A DNA stretch of 64,000 nucleotides. Origin: Octopus sinensis. Taxonomy: Eukaryota. Below the pieces are notes generated by a model, which saw only the letters and a program-made list of their open reading frames with translations, had not been told where the DNA came from and searched no databases. This document shows positions 63,606 through 64,000 of the stretch, in pieces. The stretch's first letter is position 1. The number at the start of each line of letters is the position of its first letter. Position numbers and translations under genes: made by a program. The stretch covers positions 83,576,001 to 83,640,000 of the forward strand of contig NC_043001.1 in assembly GCF_006345805.1 (NCBI RefSeq), read 5' to 3'.

Positions 63606-64000
63606 TGGTAGTGTCGGCTATAGCCTAATCACCCGTATAGTTAATCAGGTGATACACAAAGGAGTCATACCCAATGACTGGTGTAGCAGCATAATAGTCA
63701 ACTGCTACAAAGGTAAAGGTGACGCCCTAGATACAAATAACTACAGAGGTATCAAGCTGTTGGATCAGGTGATGAAGGTTACGGAGAGGGTCATAGCCCA
63801 ACTAATTAGAGAGAGAGTTAGTTTAGATGAGATGCAGTTTGGGTTTGTGCCAGGGAAAAGTACCACTGATGCTATATTCCTGGTAAGGCAGCTGCAGGAG
63901 AATACCTAGCCAAAGATAAGCCCCTGTACCTGGCTTTTGTTGACATGGAGAAAGCCTTCGACAGGGTCCCCCGATCACTTATCTGGTGGTCAATGAGGAA
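63606..64000 (+). mobile_element. 5'-truncated RTE-clade LINE, reverse transcriptase N-terminal region (runs off window)
   Basis: IPNDWCSSIIVNCYKGKGDALDTNNYRGIKLL...QFGFVPGKSTTDAIF, then after a 1-nt frameshift at about 63901 YLAKDKPLYLAFVDMEKAFDRVPR. Confidence 0.92.

Overview
AT-rich, microsatellite- and SINE-dense animal genomic DNA. The repeat families look like those of an octopod cephalopod; this is recognition from memory, not a database match. One protein-coding gene is supported: an SLC26/SulP-family anion transporter on the minus strand. Ten coding exons were traced by hand with GT-AG boundaries and a continuous reading frame (50477 down to 11099; 1545 nt, 515 codons, most of the TM domain). 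An acceptor sits 8 nt before the ATG, so a 5'UTR exon lies further right. The exons for the last TM segments and the STAS domain were not found and probably lie beyond the left edge. The rest is intron or flank packed with mobile DNA: several tRNA-derived SINE families, RTE, CR1-like and R4/Dong-like LINE fragments, a Penelope-like GIY-YIG fragment, Helitrons, a full-length decayed mariner, TTAA- and TA-type MITEs, and a near-identical 1.2-kb tandem duplication. The main unexplained signal is about ten type I hammerhead-ribozyme-like motifs in at least four short non-coding element families. Several sit in fold-back elements where an antisense copy precedes the ribozyme, and one is fused to a tRNA-like Pol III head. 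This suggests a family of Penelope-dependent, ribozyme-bearing non-autonomous retroelements. Ribozyme activity is not shown, and most cores carry substitutions.
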